A program made the position numbers and the translations under genes. This document shows positions 48,042-56,139 of a stretch of DNA of 56,139 nt, piece after piece. Where the stretch lies: positions 1-56,139 of the forward strand of contig CAIRYW010000017.1 of the NCBI GenBank assembly GCA_903882905.1. Direction: 5' to 3'. Under the pieces are notes generated by a model. The model did not search any database. It was not told the origin of the DNA and saw only the letters and a program-made list of their open reading frames with translations. Positions within the stretch are counted from its first letter, which is position 1. Each line of letters starts with the position of its first letter. This DNA comes from an uncultured bacterium (GTDB taxonomy: Bacteria; Patescibacteriota; Minisyncoccia; Phycocordibacterales; CAIRYW01).

Positions 48042-48112
48042 ATAAATATTTTATCACAAATCTACACACTAAGTTTGCAAACTTACCCAATAACTAATAA
48101 TATTGAAAACAA

Positions 48113-48313
48113 ATGAAAACGTACAATGATGATCCCTCCTCTTTTGAGGAAGACGGCCCACTTCGGATGACTTTCTTATTAGCCTTCGTATTCGGATTGC
48201 TCGGGATCCTCTGGATTTACGAGACAGTCAAAAAGGGCTTCTGCCTCATGCGGAACGCCTGGAGTTCCTGGCTGGAAGAAGGAAGAAAGCTCGATAAACA
48301 TCGTCTTTGGTAA
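48113..48313 (+). CDS. Orphan single-TM small protein
   Basis: 66 aa, about 47% GC by hand count; promoter TTGCAA-N17-TAATAT (48075-48103). Confidence 0.55.
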   Translation: MKTYNDDPSSFEEDGPLRMTFLLAFVFGLLGILWIYETVKKGFCLMRNAWSSWLEEGRKLDKHRLW

Positions 48314-48316
48314 CTC

Positions 48317-48347
48317 GCTAAGCCCTTACTGCTTAGCATTTTTTTTT
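48317..48347 (+). terminator. Intrinsic terminator
   Basis: gctaagc-ccttact-gcttagc followed by a T9 run. Confidence 0.8.
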
Positions 48348-48356
48348 GTATAATTA

Positions 48357-48551
48357 TAAGAACCTATCAAAAAAATAATGAACTTTACAAACAGCAAAAT
48401 TTTGAAGGAAAAAATGAAGGATGAGGAAGAAGGTTTAATTATATTAAGCCGACTGACGAAACTTAATTTTTTACCAAAATTTTGCCGTTTGGATGTTCAA
48501 GTGTCGGATTTAGGTATTTTTATTAACGGTTATTTTTTAGATAGGTTCTAA
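48357..48551. mobile_element. MITE-like element with terminal inverted repeats and flanking TAA direct repeat
   Basis: taa-gaacctatcaaaaaaataa ... ttattttttagataggttc-taa; internal inverted repeat aaacagcaaaattttg / caaaattttgccgttt. Confidence 0.65.
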
Positions 48552-48552
48552 C

Positions 48553-49560
48553 ATGTTTAATTCAAAAAAATATGATCTAATCGCAATCGGGGATACTGTC
48601 ACCGATGCTTTTATTCGCTTAGAAGAAGCTCATGTAAATTGCAAAGTAAATACAGAAGAATGCGAAATTTGTATGCGCTTCGGAGATAAAATTCCTTACG
48701 AATTTGTTGAGGTTTGTCCTGCGGTCGGAAATTCTGCAAACGGTGCTGTTTCTGCATCGAGACTTGGACTCAAAAGCGCAATCATCACAAACATCGGTAA
48801 TGATTCAGAAGGACTTGATGCCCTAAATCAATTTAAAAAAGATAAAGTCAGTACTGAATTTGTTGTAACAAACAAAGGAATGAAAACCAATTATCATTAT
48901 GTGCTTTGGTTTGAGTCAGATAGAACTATTCTTATCAAACACGAAAAATATCCCTATGCCCTGCCAAAAATGAAAGCACCGAAATGGATTTATTTAAGTT
49001 CACTTGGTGAAAATTCTTTGCCTTTTCATAAAACGATTGAAGAATATTTAATAAAAAATCCTGAAGTAAAATTGGCTTTTCAACCAGGTACTTACCAAAT
49101 GAAGTTTGGAACTGAAGCGCTAAAAGAAATTTATAAAAGAGCTGATGTCTTTTTCTGTAATATTGAAGAAGCTGAAAGAATTCTTAGAATTCAAAGTAGA
49201 GAAAATATAAAAGAGCTTGCAAAAAAGATTGGTGACCTTGGACCAAAAATAGTTTGCCTAACTGATGGAGCAAATGGTGCCTATGTATATGAAAAATCAA
49301 AAGACACTCTTCTCTTTATGCCGCTTTACCCAGATATCAAACCTCCCTACGAACGAACAGGAGCAGGAGATGCTTTTGCTTCAACTTTTACTTCGGCTTT
49401 GATTAAAGGAAAAACTCTTGAAGAGGCTTTGGTGTGGGCACCGATAAATTCCATGTCTGTAGTCCAGCAAATCGGTGCACAAAAAGGACTTCTCACAGAA
49501 CAAAAACTTTTAGAATATTTAAAAACCGCTCCTGCAGAATATAAACCAAGACTTGTTTAG
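48553..49560 (+). CDS. PfkB-family carbohydrate kinase
   Basis: GNSANGAVSASRLG, NIEEA, TDGANG, RTGAGDAF. Confidence 0.9.
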   Translation: MFNSKKYDLIAIGDTVTDAFIRLEEAHVNCKVNTEECEICMRFGDKIPYEFVEVCPAVGNSANGAVSASRLGLKSAIITNIGNDSEGLDALNQFKKDKVSTEFVVTNKGMKTNYHYVLWFESDRTILIKHEKYPYALPKMKAPKWIYLSSLGENSLPFHKTIEEYLIKNPEVKLAFQPGTYQMKFGTEALKEIYKRADVFFCNIEEAERILRIQSRENIKELAKKIGDLGPKIVCLTDGANGAYVYEKSKDTLLFMPLYPDIKPPYERTGAGDAFASTFTSALIKGKTLEEALVWAPINSMSVVQQIGAQKGLLTEQKLLEYLKTAPAEYKPRLV

Positions 49561-49563
49561 ATT

Positions 49564-50205
49564 TTACAAACTTACTTTACTTACATAATCTGCTCTCACT
49601 ACATATCGTAATTCTTTTGTAGAGCCGAATAAATCACAAGTTGAGAGAGTTAACATATTTTCTTTACTGGTTAGATCTACTTCTTCTTTGCTTGCTTGCA
49701 CTAGACGCTCATCGCGAACTTTATAAACATATTTTGTACTGGTTGAATAAACATCAATCTCATCCCCTGCTTTTAGGTTTTCAATTCCATTGAAAGCTTT
49801 ATAGGCTTGATTGTGAACTACAGAAAGTGTACTGCTATGTCCAAAGAGAAAAAGATTTCCACTTGCAGGATAACCTGAGCCAGAATATCTGACGGCACCT
49901 TTTAGGAGATATTCATTCAAAATTGCATTGTCTATAGTGTTTGGATCAGAGACACTTATATCCACTCCAACTTTTGGAATTTGAATTTTTGTTGGAATAT
50001 CTTTGGCCGTGACAACTTGATTTTGGCTAGTTGACCCATTTTGTAGGAGGTTAAGTTTAAGTGCATCCGCTGGAGAATTTCCATTTGGTAATAATTCTTC
50101 AGGGACAAAACCCAAGACATACAACACAATAAAAGTTACAACAAAAATGCCGGTAAAAATTAATCCGAAATTTATATACTTTTTTTGTTCATTATTTAAT
50201 CTCAT
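49564..50205 (-). CDS. Sortase
   Basis: N-terminal TM, LFGHS, LTLSTC, downstream catalytic Arg (LRYVVRA). Confidence 0.88.
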   Translation of the reverse strand: MRLNNEQKKYINFGLIFTGIFVVTFIVLYVLGFVPEELLPNGNSPADALKLNLLQNGSTSQNQVVTAKDIPTKIQIPKVGVDISVSDPNTIDNAILNEYLLKGAVRYSGSGYPASGNLFLFGHSSTLSVVHNQAYKAFNGIENLKAGDEIDVYSTSTKYVYKVRDERLVQASKEEVDLTSKENMLTLSTCDLFGSTKELRYVVRADYVSKVSL

Positions 50206-50351
50206 TTTATTTCTTCATTATCTCATTAAAAATCTGACATCCCAAACTTGCTCAAGGGTAGCCCTTGAGCGTTAGAGTTGACAAAAATAGTAAAAGTAGT
50301 ATAATACTGCTAAAGCTAAAACCTAGCTTTTCTAATAAATAATTCAAAAAT

Positions 50352-51998
50352 ATGGGAGACAAAAAAGATCAAATTCCACATAATTTACCTACAGATAACA
50401 CACAAACAGATGTGCACTATTCTTCTATAGAACAAAGTGTCCACACTTACCCTTTGGATCGTGAAATGCACGAAAAAACAGAAGAACCAGAAAAAGAAAA
50501 AGCTGGTGCAGACAAAGCTATTAAATACGCTCTTGTAATCGGTTTTCTTGTTATTCTTTTTGTTGTTAGTCTTGGAATTGTCTCTTTCCTACCAAGTATA
50601 ATTTCAAATGTATCCACAACAGCTTCCACTTACCTCTTCTCAACTTTTTCTTCTCAACCAAAAATTACTCTAACTTTAGACAAAAATGAAGTTGGAATAG
50701 GACAACCTTTTACCCTTTCATGGAAAAATAATACAACTGATACGAATGGAAGTTATTCTTTTAGTTTTAAATGTACTGAGGGAATTACCCTAGTCGATGC
50801 AAGTTCTAGTAAACCGATTGTATGTGGTACCTACTACCCTATCGGAAGCGACAATTGGTCTATTAAATTAATTTCAAATTCAAAAAATACAGGAAGTGTT
50901 TCTCTTCCAATGAATGTTAGTTTTTTTGAAACTAACAGAACAGAACCAAAACTTACAAATTCAATTTCCATCTTAGCTCTTGGAACAAATGGGAATAATT
51001 CTGGATCATCAAACAATTCTTCTACTAGCACAAATTCAGGAGTGACTGTGACTTCACAAAATAATTCACAGAATAATTCAAGTGGATCAAGAGCTTCATC
51101 ATCAAATTATTATTATCCTGCAAATGGCAAAAGTGATTTGGCAATTACTTTAGTCAAAAGCGGTATGGTGGTAAACAATGGAAGCTTTGTTCAAACTTCT
51201 GCAATTAATGCTGGATCAAGAGTTATGATTCAATTTAATGTTGCAAACAATGGAACGGCTCCTTCTGGAGCTTGGTCTCTAACAGCAACTCTTCCAACAA
51301 CAATTCAAAATGAAAAAACATACTCTTCTGGTACAGAGCCATCACTTAAGCCCGGAGATTCTTTCACTATGAGTCTTGCTTTTGATTCGTTTGATTCATC
51401 AGCAAATCAAGCGATTATTACACTTTTATCTAGTGCCGACTCAAATGTTTCAAATAATACTTTAACAATTCCATTTACTGCAGGTTCAACTTATAGCAAT
51501 AACAACAATTACAACTACAATAATAATTACTACAACAGCAATGGAAATTATTACAATAACAATGCAAGCCTAAACGTTGCAATAACCAACCTTGGTCAAT
51601 TCAACCGATCAACAGGACAGTTTTATTACAACGGATACAACAGCTCAATTTATTCAGGATCAACTGTTGGCGTTCAATTTACAGTGACAAACAATGGAAG
51701 TACTGCAACAGGACCATGGTCATTCAATGCAACGCTCCCAACAAATTCCAATTCTAACTACAATAATAATTATTGTAACGGATATAATTGCAATAATAAT
51801 TACTACAATAACAACGGAGGAACTTACAACTATTCTTCAGGAACAGAGCCTTCACTTGCACCAGGTCAAAGTATGAGTTTTACAATTGCCTTTGATAATC
51901 CAACTATTGGATCAGATACTGTTTATATTAATGCTTATGGAAGTTCTGTCTCAGGTGGAAACAACAGCGCTACAAGAACTTTCTACGTAAGTAATTAA
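50352..51998 (+). CDS. Membrane-anchored surface protein with two CARDB/Ig-like repeats and Asn/Tyr-rich tracts
   Basis: TM near the N-terminus; duplicated QFxVxNNG...WSxxATLPT...SSGTEPSLxPGxS...AFD. Confidence 0.8.
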   Translation: MGDKKDQIPHNLPTDNTQTDVHYSSIEQSVHTYPLDREMHEKTEEPEKEKAGADKAIKYALVIGFLVILFVVSLGIVSFLPSIISNVSTTASTYLFSTFSSQPKITLTLDKNEVGIGQPFTLSWKNNTTDTNGSYSFSFKCTEGITLVDASSSKPIVCGTYYPIGSDNWSIKLISNSKNTGSVSLPMNVSFFETNRTEPKLTNSISILALGTNGNNSGSSNNSSTSTNSGVTVTSQNNSQNNSSGSRASSSNYYYPANGKSDLAITLVKSGMVVNNGSFVQTSAINAGSRVMIQFNVANNGTAPSGAWSLTATLPTTIQNEKTYSSGTEPSLKPGDSFTMSLAFDSFDSSANQAIITLLSSADSNVSNNTLTIPFTAGSTYSNNNNYNYNNNYYNSNGNYYNNNASLNVAITNLGQFNRSTGQFYYNGYNSSIYSGSTVGVQFTVTNNGSTATGPWSFNATLPTNSNSNYNNNYCNGYNCNNNYYNNNGGTYNYSSGTEPSLAPGQSMSFTIAFDNPTIGSDTVYINAYGSSVSGGNNSATRTFYVSN

Positions 51999-52003
51999 TC
52001 TTT

Positions 52004-52039
52004 AAAACAGCCGAGGCGCTTAAGCGCCTCGGCTGTTTT
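52004..52039. terminator. Bidirectional terminator, perfect 36-bp palindrome
   Basis: aaaacagccgaggcgctt-aagcgcctcggctgtttt between convergent genes. Confidence 0.85.
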
Positions 52040-52040
52040 T

Positions 52041-53054
52041 TTAAATATCAATTTCTCCACTCTGAATTTGTTGTTTTAAATTTACATCAGAAATTGATGC
52101 CATGAAATCTAACATTTTTTGCTTTTCTATTCCGTCTGAAAAACTAGGAACTGAATCATTTATGACTACAGGAAGAATAGATATATTTTCTCCATTATTT
52201 GTCTTTGTAATTTGAAGAGCAATTGCATGGGTAGTTCCATAAGAAAAATTCTGATCAAAAACAAAATTACCTAAAGAATAAAAAATTGGTTTGTTATTAT
52301 AAATTTCAACGCCCTCTACAACATGCGGATGAGACCCAATAACCATATCTGCTCCACTATCAATCATCAATCTTCCGTTTTTTTTCTGTAAGTCGGTTGG
52401 GTAATCTTGATACTCAACTCCCCAATGTGGCATTACGATTACAAAATAATTCACATCTTTTAGTTCCTTTATTAAATCAAGAGTATGGTCAACCTTTCCA
52501 CCAAATTCATTCCAACCAATAAACGCTATTTTGAAACCATTTTCATTAAAAGTGGCAACCCTATCATCTTTATTAAAATAATCTCCAAAAGGCTGTATAT
52601 TTATGCTTTTCAAAAAATCATAAGATTGCCTTATTCCTTCAAGCCCAAAATCATTATTATGATTATTTGCCTGCGAGAGTGCATCAAAACCAACATTTTT
52701 CAAAATATTTAAAACGGAAGGATTGAAAGTAAATTGTAAAATTGTGTGATCTTGCGCTGAAATAGAATTAAAATTTGTTATAACGCCTTCAAGATTGGCA
52801 ACCGAAATATCAGAATTTTTTATTTGTTCTGTTGTAGAAGCAAAAATATAATTTTGTCCAAATTGATTAATTCTCAATCTCACCTGCCTATCAAGCATCA
52901 CATCACCTGCAACAAAGATACTGAGTTTATTTTCTGGAACTTGGATAGGAACAACAACTAGTTTTTCTTGAGCAGTATATTTTGGAAAAAAAATTACAAA
53001 TAATAAAAGTAAAGTAAAAATAGAAAGAAGTAATATTAATATTTTAGTTTTCAC
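52041..53054 (-). CDS. CapA-family (PGA_cap) metallophosphoesterase
   Basis: GDVMLDR, NLEG, ANNH, PHWGVEY, GSHPHV, YSLGNF; probable GTG start at 53054 after aaggaaa. Confidence 0.88.
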   Translation of the reverse strand: MKTKILILLLSIFTLLLLFVIFFPKYTAQEKLVVVPIQVPENKLSIFVAGDVMLDRQVRLRINQFGQNYIFASTTEQIKNSDISVANLEGVITNFNSISAQDHTILQFTFNPSVLNILKNVGFDALSQANNHNNDFGLEGIRQSYDFLKSINIQPFGDYFNKDDRVATFNENGFKIAFIGWNEFGGKVDHTLDLIKELKDVNYFVIVMPHWGVEYQDYPTDLQKKNGRLMIDSGADMVIGSHPHVVEGVEIYNNKPIFYSLGNFVFDQNFSYGTTHAIALQITKTNNGENISILPVVINDSVPSFSDGIEKQKMLDFMASISDVNLKQQIQSGEIDI

Positions 53055-53073
53055 TTTCCTTATAATTTTTCTT

Positions 53074-53107
53074 GAGGAGAGACCTCCAAAAAAAGAGGAC
53101 TCACCTC
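53074..53107. repeat. Imperfect hairpin downstream of gyrB
   Basis: gaggagagacctc-N8-gaggactcacctc (2 mismatches). Confidence 0.5.
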
Positions 53108-53115
53108 TAAAAAAT

Positions 53116-55185
53116 TTAGATATCCAATCTTGCCATTTTTGCGTTTGATTGGATGAAAGATTTTCTAGCTGGAACATCATTTCCCATCAAAATATCTACT
53201 ACCTTATCTGCCTCAATTGCATCCTCAATATTTATTTGCTTTAGCACTCTGTTGTTTTTGTCCATTGTAGTTTCTCCAAGTTCTTCGGCATTCATTTCTC
53301 CAAGACCTTTGTATCGCTGAATAGTAACTTTTTTATTTACTTTCTTGTCTTTTTCTTTTCCGCCTTTTTCATCCACTTCCTCCTCAGGCGTTTCTTCTGT
53401 GGCACCTTCCTCACCTTCTGAAACTTCTGTTATTTGAATTTTTTCATCTTTCAAAAACTTTTCTTTTTCTTGTTCAGAATAAAAATAATGAAAATCTTTT
53501 CCAAGTTTCAATTTGTAAAGTGGTGGTTGAGCAATATAAATATATCCAGCTTCGATTAAAGGTCTGAAGTGTCTATAGAAAAGAGTTAAAAGAAGAGTTC
53601 TAATGTGCGCACCGTCAACGTCGGCATCTGTAGCGATAATAATTTTGTGATATCGAAGTTTTGTAATATCAAATGTATCTCCAATAGCAGTTCCAAGAGC
53701 AACGACAAGATTTGTAATTTGTTCAGACGCGAGCATCTTGTCCAATCTAGCTCTTTCAATATTTAAAATTTTTCCTCGAAGGGGCAAGATTGCTTGAGTT
53801 CTTCTATCTCGTCCAGTTTTTGCAGTACCTCCAGCAGAGTCTCCCTCTACAATAAATAGTTCTGATTCTGAAGCATCTTTACTTTGGCAGTCGGCAAGTT
53901 TTCCAGGTAAAGTCATTCCCTCAAGTGCGCCTTTTCTTAGGATTGAATCCTTTGCCGCTTTTGCGGCTTTTCTTCCGCGCATCGCAAGAATAACCTTATT
54001 CATTATAGCTTTTGCGTCATCTGGATTTTCTTCCAAATACATTGAAAATGCATCACCCAAAACAGTAGATACTGCTCCTTGCGCTTCCATGCTTCCAAGT
54101 TTTGCTTTTGTTTGTCCTTCAAATTGAATTTCAGGAAGTTTTACAGAAATAACAGCGGTAATTCCTTCAAGCACATCGTCTCCGATAAAACTTTCATCTG
54201 CTTCTTTTGTATAACCATTTTTTTTGGCGTAAGTATTGATTGTTCTTGTGAGAGCGGTTTTGAAACCAGTAATGTGTGTTCCTCCTTCTGGGTTGTAAAT
54301 ATTATTCGCGAAACCTGCAATTTTTGCAGAAATATCATCGATGTATTGGATAGCAACTTCAACCAAAGTTTTTCCTTCTTCTTTTTCTACATAGAAAATA
54401 TTTTTGTGAATGGGTTTTGAGAGAGTGTTATAAAATTTAATTAGTGATACTAATCCTCCTTCAAAATAAAAACTAACAGAAGGAACATCTAGACTTTCAT
54501 CTTTCAAAAAGAATACTTCATCAAAATTAATTTTTTCTTTATACTCCCTGGCATCAACCACATTAATCAAAAGATTTTTTACAAGGTAAGCTTGCTGGCG
54601 AAGATGAGTTACTATTTTTTCGTAGTTAAATTCAATTCCCTCTTTAAAAATTTCAATGTCGGGTTTGAAAGTGGTAATAGTTCCGTGCTCTTTTGAGTTT
54701 GCAACTTTTTTTACTTTGCTAAGTGGTTTTCCTATTTTATATTCTTGAAGATATTTTCCTCCGTCTCTGTGCACTTCTGCTTTGAGGTGTATTGATAGTG
54801 CATTTACAACTGATGCTCCCACTCCGTGAAGTCCTCCAGAAAATTTGTAAGAATTATTATCAAATTTTCCTCCAGCGTGAAGAACTGTCATAATAGTTTC
54901 AAGAGCAGAAACTTTTGTTTTGGAATGCATATCAACTGGAATTCCGGCTCCATCATCAACAATTCGAACATATCCGTCAGGAAGAAGAGCTACTTCAATT
55001 CGAGAACATCTATTTGCCATAGCCTCATCGCGAGAGTTATCAAAAATTTCCCAAACTAAATGATGAAGACCATCTGGTCCTGTGGTTCCAATATACATTC
55101 CAGGTCGTCTTCTAACCGCTTCAAGACCCTCTAGGACAGTAATCTGAGCCGCTCCATATTGCTGTTTTTTTTCTGGTTTAACCAT
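53116..55185 (-). CDS. gyrB: DNA gyrase subunit B
   Basis: RRRPGMYIG, SGGLHGVGASVVNALS, VEGDSAGG, PLRGKILN, DADVDG, QRYKGLGEM; start MVKPEKK at 55185. Confidence 0.96.
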   Translation of the reverse strand: MVKPEKKQQYGAAQITVLEGLEAVRRRPGMYIGTTGPDGLHHLVWEIFDNSRDEAMANRCSRIEVALLPDGYVRIVDDGAGIPVDMHSKTKVSALETIMTVLHAGGKFDNNSYKFSGGLHGVGASVVNALSIHLKAEVHRDGGKYLQEYKIGKPLSKVKKVANSKEHGTITTFKPDIEIFKEGIEFNYEKIVTHLRQQAYLVKNLLINVVDAREYKEKINFDEVFFLKDESLDVPSVSFYFEGGLVSLIKFYNTLSKPIHKNIFYVEKEEGKTLVEVAIQYIDDISAKIAGFANNIYNPEGGTHITGFKTALTRTINTYAKKNGYTKEADESFIGDDVLEGITAVISVKLPEIQFEGQTKAKLGSMEAQGAVSTVLGDAFSMYLEENPDDAKAIMNKVILAMRGRKAAKAAKDSILRKGALEGMTLPGKLADCQSKDASESELFIVEGDSAGGTAKTGRDRRTQAILPLRGKILNIERARLDKMLASEQITNLVVALGTAIGDTFDITKLRYHKIIIATDADVDGAHIRTLLLTLFYRHFRPLIEAGYIYIAQPPLYKLKLGKDFHYFYSEQEKEKFLKDEKIQITEVSEGEEGATEETPEEEVDEKGGKEKDKKVNKKVTIQRYKGLGEMNAEELGETTMDKNNRVLKQINIEDAIEADKVVDILMGNDVPARKSFIQSNAKMARLDI

Positions 55186-55221
55186 CCTTTTTATTTGAAT
55201 TTGATTGAAAAAAATTACATT

Positions 55222-55267
55222 AAGTCCCGACGTTTCAGTCGGGATCCCGACTGAAACGTCGGGACTT
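55222..55267. repeat. Perfect loopless 46-bp palindrome in the gyrB leader
   Basis: aagtcccgacgtttcagtcggga|tcccgactgaaacgtcgggactt; extended -10 TGcTATAAT on the minus strand at 55296-55288. Confidence 0.9.
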
Positions 55268-55357
55268 TTTTGGCTTTTTGTCCTTATATTATAGCATTTT
55301 TTGAGTAAATAAATCAGCATTGACAGACATATTTATTAGTGGTAACTTTGAATAGAT

Positions 55358-55783
55358 ATGAACACTGACACGACTGCTCTTGATTCACTCAAGGGCGAAG
55401 AAAACCCACGCAAACAAACCGAGGCTCTGTTGAACAGTTTCAACGACATCAACGGCCTCACTGCAGCAGTGGACGTCATTGGCTTCTACAAAGAAGTTCA
55501 TTCACTCTGGTACGTGTACCAGCAGATTGAATACAATGCCCTATCGCCCGAGCTGTACAAAGAAAAACAGTTCCGGCAATCTGGACTTGACGCAGCGAGG
55601 AGAAGTTGCCTCGACAGGATGGTCACGTTGTGCCTGCAAGCAAAAGGCAAACAACGCAGGCGACTCTACTGCGAATTCAAAGTGACCATCAACTCAATGG
55701 ACCAAAACCGCTACGTCTGCATAAGTGGAAGGAAGGCTCTCAGCCGAGTTCCCTTGTGGCTCTACTGGGGAAGTTGGAAATAA
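55358..55783 (+). CDS. Orphan hypothetical protein
   Basis: 141 aa, visibly GC-richer; promoter TTGACA-N17-TAACTT (55320-55348); terminator-like hairpin 55805-55840. Confidence 0.65.
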   Translation: MNTDTTALDSLKGEENPRKQTEALLNSFNDINGLTAAVDVIGFYKEVHSLWYVYQQIEYNALSPELYKEKQFRQSGLDAARRSCLDRMVTLCLQAKGKQRRRLYCEFKVTINSMDQNRYVCISGRKALSRVPLWLYWGSWK

Positions 55784-55855
55784 CCAGCTGCGCACATTCT
55801 CATCACCGTCTCTCGCTTCATGTGATTGACGGTATTTTTTATTTTCACTTTTTGC

Positions 55856-55885
55856 AAAAGCCGCCCCTAACGGGGCGGCTTTTTT
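55856..55885. terminator. Bidirectional intrinsic terminator
   Basis: aaaagccgcccc-taac-ggggcggctttt. Confidence 0.85.
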
Positions 55886-55913
55886 GTTTGTATTTTTTAT
55901 TTTTCTCCCCTCC

Positions 55914-56139
55914 CTACTGAATCATCTTGTTAGCAAGCAAACTCATCAGTCGAACAGCATTACCCTGAGCAACCTTGGCGTCTTTACTTGCAACAAAGGC
56001 ATCCCATTGTTTGGTGATATTTGGATCAGCAAGTTGTCTGACATCACTCTCAAGCTTGACACGGTCATCATATGAGATAGCGCCTGTGGTGTTTAGAACT
56101 ACATCAATGTATTCCTTCAAGACTCTAGAGGTTTGAATA
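55914..56139 (-). CDS. Hypothetical protein, 5' part outside the window
   Basis: Frame open to the window edge; stop at 55914 before a terminator. Confidence 0.55.
   Translation of the reverse strand, partial: IQTSRVLKEYIDVVLNTTGAISYDDRVKLESDVRQLADPNITKQWDAFVASKDAKVAQGNAVRLMSLLANKMIQ

Noticed and set aside
51495-51830. AAC/AAT-rich tracts and a duplicated domain suggesting a DGR template/variable repeat pair
   Set aside because: Both repeats are in one reading frame, differences are not confined to adenines, and no reverse transcriptase is in the window.
53055-55320. N-terminal extensions of CapA and GyrB in the ORF track (likewise metK, hisS, the antitoxin and two ABC ATPases)
   Set aside because: They overlap neighbouring genes, promoters or palindromes; downstream starts fit the family N-termini better.

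Overview
AT-rich bacterial chromosome segment, roughly one-third GC by eye. Gene content and style suggest Patescibacteria/CPR (Parcubacteria-like); this is an inference, not a database result. Housekeeping genes include rpoB-rpoC-dnaG-rpoD, gyrB, hisS, metK (with an upstream SAM-I riboswitch), typA, trmD, a truB-like gene, rsmG, fba and uppP. Envelope genes include an ECF sigma/anti-sigma/MacAB-like operon, two DedA proteins, a sortase, DsbA, CapA and surface proteins. A small defence island holds an XRE-Panacea antitoxin with a RelE-like toxin, a 48-aa basic protein and a frameshifted type IIG/ISP-like restriction-modification gene. Beyond the gene list, four patterns stand out. (1) At least four GC-enriched orphan mini-genes share one self-contained architecture: TTGnnn-N17-TAnnnT, ATG 9-11 nt later, own terminator. 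(2) Palindromic or MITE-like elements are dense; two sit in frame inside tRNA-modifying enzymes and two are flanked by 3-bp direct repeats. (3) A perfect 40-bp palindrome is centred at the antitoxin start codon and a perfect 46-bp palindrome lies in the gyrB leader. (4) Many gene starts look leaderless. No rRNA, tRNA, CRISPR array, transposase, integrase or reverse transcriptase was seen.
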